Origin: an uncultured Puniceicoccaceae bacterium
GTDB lineage: Bacteria > Verrucomicrobiota > Verrucomicrobiia > Opitutales > Oceanipulchritudinaceae
Length of the DNA: 64,000 nucleotides
Reading direction: 5' to 3'
Assembly: GCA_963933835.1 (NCBI GenBank)
Contig: CAWVVV010000001.1
Location: 384,001 to 448,000 of the forward strand
Shown: positions 60,860 to 64,000 of the stretch, in pieces
How the letters are laid out: each line of letters begins with the position of its first letter
Position numbering within the stretch: the first letter of the stretch is position 1
Position numbers and translations under genes: made by a program
Notes under the pieces: generated by a model
The model's input: the letters and a program-made list of their open reading frames with translations, nothing else
What the model was told of the DNA's origin: nothing
Databases searched by the model: none

Positions 60860-63800
60860 ATGTCCGCTGCTGAAGAGCTCCCTTTTGTCCACCTTCACTG
60901 CCACACCGATTACTCCCTTCTCGATGGCTGTGCCAAGATCGATCGCTACATGCAGCGCTGCAAAGAGTTGAACATGCCCGCCCTTGCGATGACCGATCAC
61001 GGCAACCTCTTTGGCGCGATTAATTTCTACCGGGCGTGCGAGAAGGCCGGCATTAAGCCCCTCGTCGGGTGCGAAATCTACCTTGTCTACGATCACGAAC
61101 AGTCCGAGCGCCCAAAACGTGACCGCAAGCGCTCAGATGACATCGACGACGTTCCAGAAGACGAACTCGGTCCGGAGAACTACCCAAAGCACCAGATCCA
61201 CCACAAAACGATCATCGCTAAGGATTTCCGCGGCTACCAGAACCTCGTAAAACTGATCTCCGACGCCCACATCAACGGCATGTACTACCGCCCGCGCACC
61301 GACATGGCGCGCCTCGCTGAACATGCCGAAGGACTCATCGGGCTCAGCGGCTGCATCAACGGCGTCGCCTCTCAAAAACTGATCTACAACGACTTCGAGG
61401 GCGCGCGAAAAGCCACCGCGACATTCATCGATATCTTCGGCAAAGAGAATTACTTCATCGAATTGCAAAACCACGGCATGGCCGTGCAGCAACGCATCCT
61501 GCCCGGCCTTAAAAAGCTCTCTAAGGAATTTGGCCTCTCAATGGTAGCGGCGAACGACGTGCACTACGTCTATCGAGACGACTGGCAGCCACACGACTCC
61601 CTTCTGTGTATCCAGACCGGCAAACTCGTGAAGGATGAACAGCGCATGCGCTACCCGAACCGCGAGTTCTACCTTAAAAGCCATGATGAGATGTCGCGTA
61701 TTTTCTCCGAGTTCGACGGTGCGATCCAAAACACCGTTAAGCTCGCTGAGATGGTCGACCTCAAAATCAACTTCGGCGACGACCACTATCCGATCTATGA
61801 GAAGCCGATCGAAGTCGCTGTGCCGGATGATTCGAGCGGGTTTGATACGATCCTAGAAGTCTATGTGCGAGAGAAAAACAAAGTTCTAGCACGCGAAGAC
61901 AAGGAGCTCATCAGCATCAGCCCCGAACAAAGGGCAGAACACAAGAAGAACGGGCTCTACCTTTTTGACCTCTGTAAACGCGGGCTGAAAGAACGCTACG
62001 GCATCGACTATGATACCATTCGTAGTGAGTTTCCAACACACCTGCGTCCCGAGACCCCCGGCGCTGGCGAATTCGATCCCGAGAGCGAAGTCTACGCCCG
62101 AGAGATTTGCGACAAGCTCGACTACGAGCTCGCGATCATCGTCGGCGCAGGCTTTGTCGACTACTTCCTTATCACATGGGACTTTATCGACTGGGCCCGA
62201 AAGCAAGGCATCCCCGTCGGGCCTGGGCGGGGTTCTGGAGCAGGATCGATCATCTCCTATGCGATGAAGATCACTGATATCGATCCGCTCCAATTCGGAC
62301 TTCTTTTCGAACGTATGCTCAGCCTTGAGCGCGTCAGCCCACCGGACTTCGACGTCGATTTCTGCATGCGCCGACGTGACGACGTGGTAAACTACGTGCG
62401 CGATAAATATGGTGAAGACCGTGTCGCCAACATCATCACCTACGGTAAGTTTGGAGCGAAGATGATCGTGCGCGACCTCGCTCGCGTCCTCGACATACCT
62501 TACGCTGAGGCCAACCGGGTGGCAAAGATGGTGCCAGACGATCTCAACATCTCGCTCGAAGCAGCGGTTGAGAAATCAGGAGAACTCGCGGCCGAAATCA
62601 ACACCAGTCCAACCGTAGCAGAAATCTTCCGACAAGGAAAAGTCATCGAAGGCATGGTGCGCAACACCGGCAAACACGCCTGTGGCATCATCATCGGGGA
62701 TCAGCCGCTGACGAATCTCGTCCCCCTCACGCTTCAAGAAGGCGACCTGACGACCCAGTATGCCAAAGGTCCTGTAGAGGATCTTGGGATGCTCAAGTGT
62801 GACTTCCTCGGACTCAAAACCCTCACTGTCCTCAATGATGCGAAGAACCACATTCGCCGCACCACAGAGCTGACAGACTTCAACTCGGAGACAGTCCCTC
62901 TCGGCGACGAAAAGACCTTTGCGCTGCTCAACAGTGGTCACACGACAGGCGTCTTCCAGCTGGAATCAGGCGGCATGCAGGCACTCTGTCGCCAGCTTGG
63001 GATCAGCAGCTTTGAAGAGATCATCGCCCTCGTCGCCCTTTACCGCCCGGGGCCGATGCAGTTCATTTCGCAGTATATTGAAGGGAAGCGAGACCGCTCA
63101 AAAATCCAAGTCCCCCACCCCCTTCTAAAGGAGCTCGTCGAAGAGACCCATGGTATCCTCGTGTATCAAGAGCAGGTCATGAAAGTGGCCCAGATCATTG
63201 CGGGCTACACCCTTGGTGAAGCGGATATTCTCCGCCGTGCGATGGGCAAGAAGATCAAGTCGATGATGGACGAGCAGAAGGACATCTTCGTCAAAGGGGC
63301 TGAACGGACAAACAATATCCCACGCAGACAAGCTGAAACAATTTTCGGCATGCTGGAAAAGTTTGCCCAATACGGCTTTAATAAATCTCACTCTGCCGCC
63401 TACGCGATGCTCAGCTATCGCACCGCGTATTTGAAAGCCAACCACCCGGTGCAGTTCATGGCTGCTGTCCTCGGTTGCGAACTTGGCAACAGCGACAAAC
63501 TCTCCCACACCCTCGAAGAGTGTCAGTCGATGGGCGTGCCCGTCCTCGGCCCCGACGTGAATGAGTCACGGGAGAACTTTGCTCCGATCGTCGAAGCGGA
63601 CGGCTCAGGCTCGATTCGTTTCGGACTGGCCGCAATCAAGGGAGTGGGCGAAGGCCCAGCACACGCTATTCTTGTCGAGCGCGAGGCGAACGGCCCATTC
63701 GAAAGCTTCCAAGACTTTGCTTCCCGAGTGGAGGGCAAGACTGCAAATAGACGCGTAATGGAAACCCTCGTACGCACGGGTGCCTTCGACAACTTAGGCG

Positions 63801-64000
63801 AGGAGCGAGGCGATCTTATGCAGCACCTTGACGCCATCCTTCGCGAAGTCGCTGACCTCCAGAAAGACAAAGAAAGCGGTCAGGCCAACATGTTCGACAT
63901 CTTCAGTCTCGGACCAGATGAAGGCCTCGGCAAAGAGAATGACCGCACCCAGTTCAATGCCCCTAAGACCCCCGCGATGCCCATGAGCGAGAAGCTACAG
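60860..64000 (+). CDS. dnaE: DNA polymerase III alpha subunit (runs off the window end)
   Basis: [56 protein letters not shown]; missing from the ORF track because it is unterminated. Confidence 0.95.
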   Translation, partial: MSAAEELPFVHLHCHTDYSLLDGCAKIDRYMQRCKELNMPALAMTDHGNLFGAINFYRACEKAGIKPLVGCEIYLVYDHEQSERPKRDRKRSDDIDDVPEDELGPENYPKHQIHHKTIIAKDFRGYQNLVKLISDAHINGMYYRPRTDMARLAEHAEGLIGLSGCINGVASQKLIYNDFEGARKATATFIDIFGKENYFIELQNHGMAVQQRILPGLKKLSKEFGLSMVAANDVHYVYRDDWQPHDSLLCIQTGKLVKDEQRMRYPNREFYLKSHDEMSRIFSEFDGAIQNTVKLAEMVDLKINFGDDHYPIYEKPIEVAVPDDSSGFDTILEVYVREKNKVLAREDKELISISPEQRAEHKKNGLYLFDLCKRGLKERYGIDYDTIRSEFPTHLRPETPGAGEFDPESEVYAREICDKLDYELAIIVGAGFVDYFLITWDFIDWARKQGIPVGPGRGSGAGSIISYAMKITDIDPLQFGLLFERMLSLERVSPPDFDVDFCMRRRDDVVNYVRDKYGEDRVANIITYGKFGAKMIVRDLARVLDIPYAEANRVAKMVPDDLNISLEAAVEKSGELAAEINTSPTVAEIFRQGKVIEGMVRNTGKHACGIIIGDQPLTNLVPLTLQEGDLTTQYAKGPVEDLGMLKCDFLGLKTLTVLNDAKNHIRRTTELTDFNSETVPLGDEKTFALLNSGHTTGVFQLESGGMQALCRQLGISSFEEIIALVALYRPGPMQFISQYIEGKRDRSKIQVPHPLLKELVEETHGILVYQEQVMKVAQIIAGYTLGEADILRRAMGKKIKSMMDEQKDIFVKGAERTNNIPRRQAETIFGMLEKFAQYGFNKSHSAAYAMLSYRTAYLKANHPVQFMAAVLGCELGNSDKLSHTLEECQSMGVPVLGPDVNESRENFAPIVEADGSGSIRFGLAAIKGVGEGPAHAILVEREANGPFESFQDFASRVEGKTANRRVMETLVRTGAFDNLGEERGDLMQHLDAILREVADLQKDKESGQANMFDIFSLGPDEGLGKENDRTQFNAPKTPAMPMSEKLQ

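Noticed and set aside
60809..63870. Many short ORFs on both strands in the last 3 kb
   Set aside because: All lie within dnaE, which the ORF track missed because it has no stop in the window.

Overview
A 64-kb bacterial chromosomal segment, most likely Verrucomicrobiota (Opitutales-like). This is inferred from gene content: an rpsP-trmD-rplS operon without rimM, a DUF5069 domain, GGAG-type REPs and Trp/Gly-rich C-terminal repeats. Core genes: fusA, hemE, kamA, exbB/exbD/tonB-like, tmk-holB, tsaD, tdk, ffh, rplS-trmD-rpsP, ffs-dnaX, a Yej/Opp-type ABC operon, sigma54-amtB-glnB, aspS and a partial dnaE. Accessory material: a nirK-NirV-like-SCO-nnrS cluster, glycosyltransferases, an orphan Pycsar-type membrane effector, a deoC/aldehyde dehydrogenase cluster and several gene remnants. 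The most striking unexplained structure is a pair of small one-gene cassettes, a four-helix-bundle gene and a GxxExxY gene. Each sits inside an operon and is bounded by inverted arms built from short tandem repeats that supply start and/or stop codons. Cargo-less copies of both arm types lie side by side upstream of ffh. Other highlights: a probable programmed frameshift in dnaX (A9 run plus hairpin) that gives the long tau form, a DJ-1/PfpI gene with two UGA codons at expected Trp positions, an 8-unit REP cluster, and a long hairpin covering the start region of an unannotated YqaE/Pmp3 gene. Family assignments come from motif recognition by eye; no searches were run.
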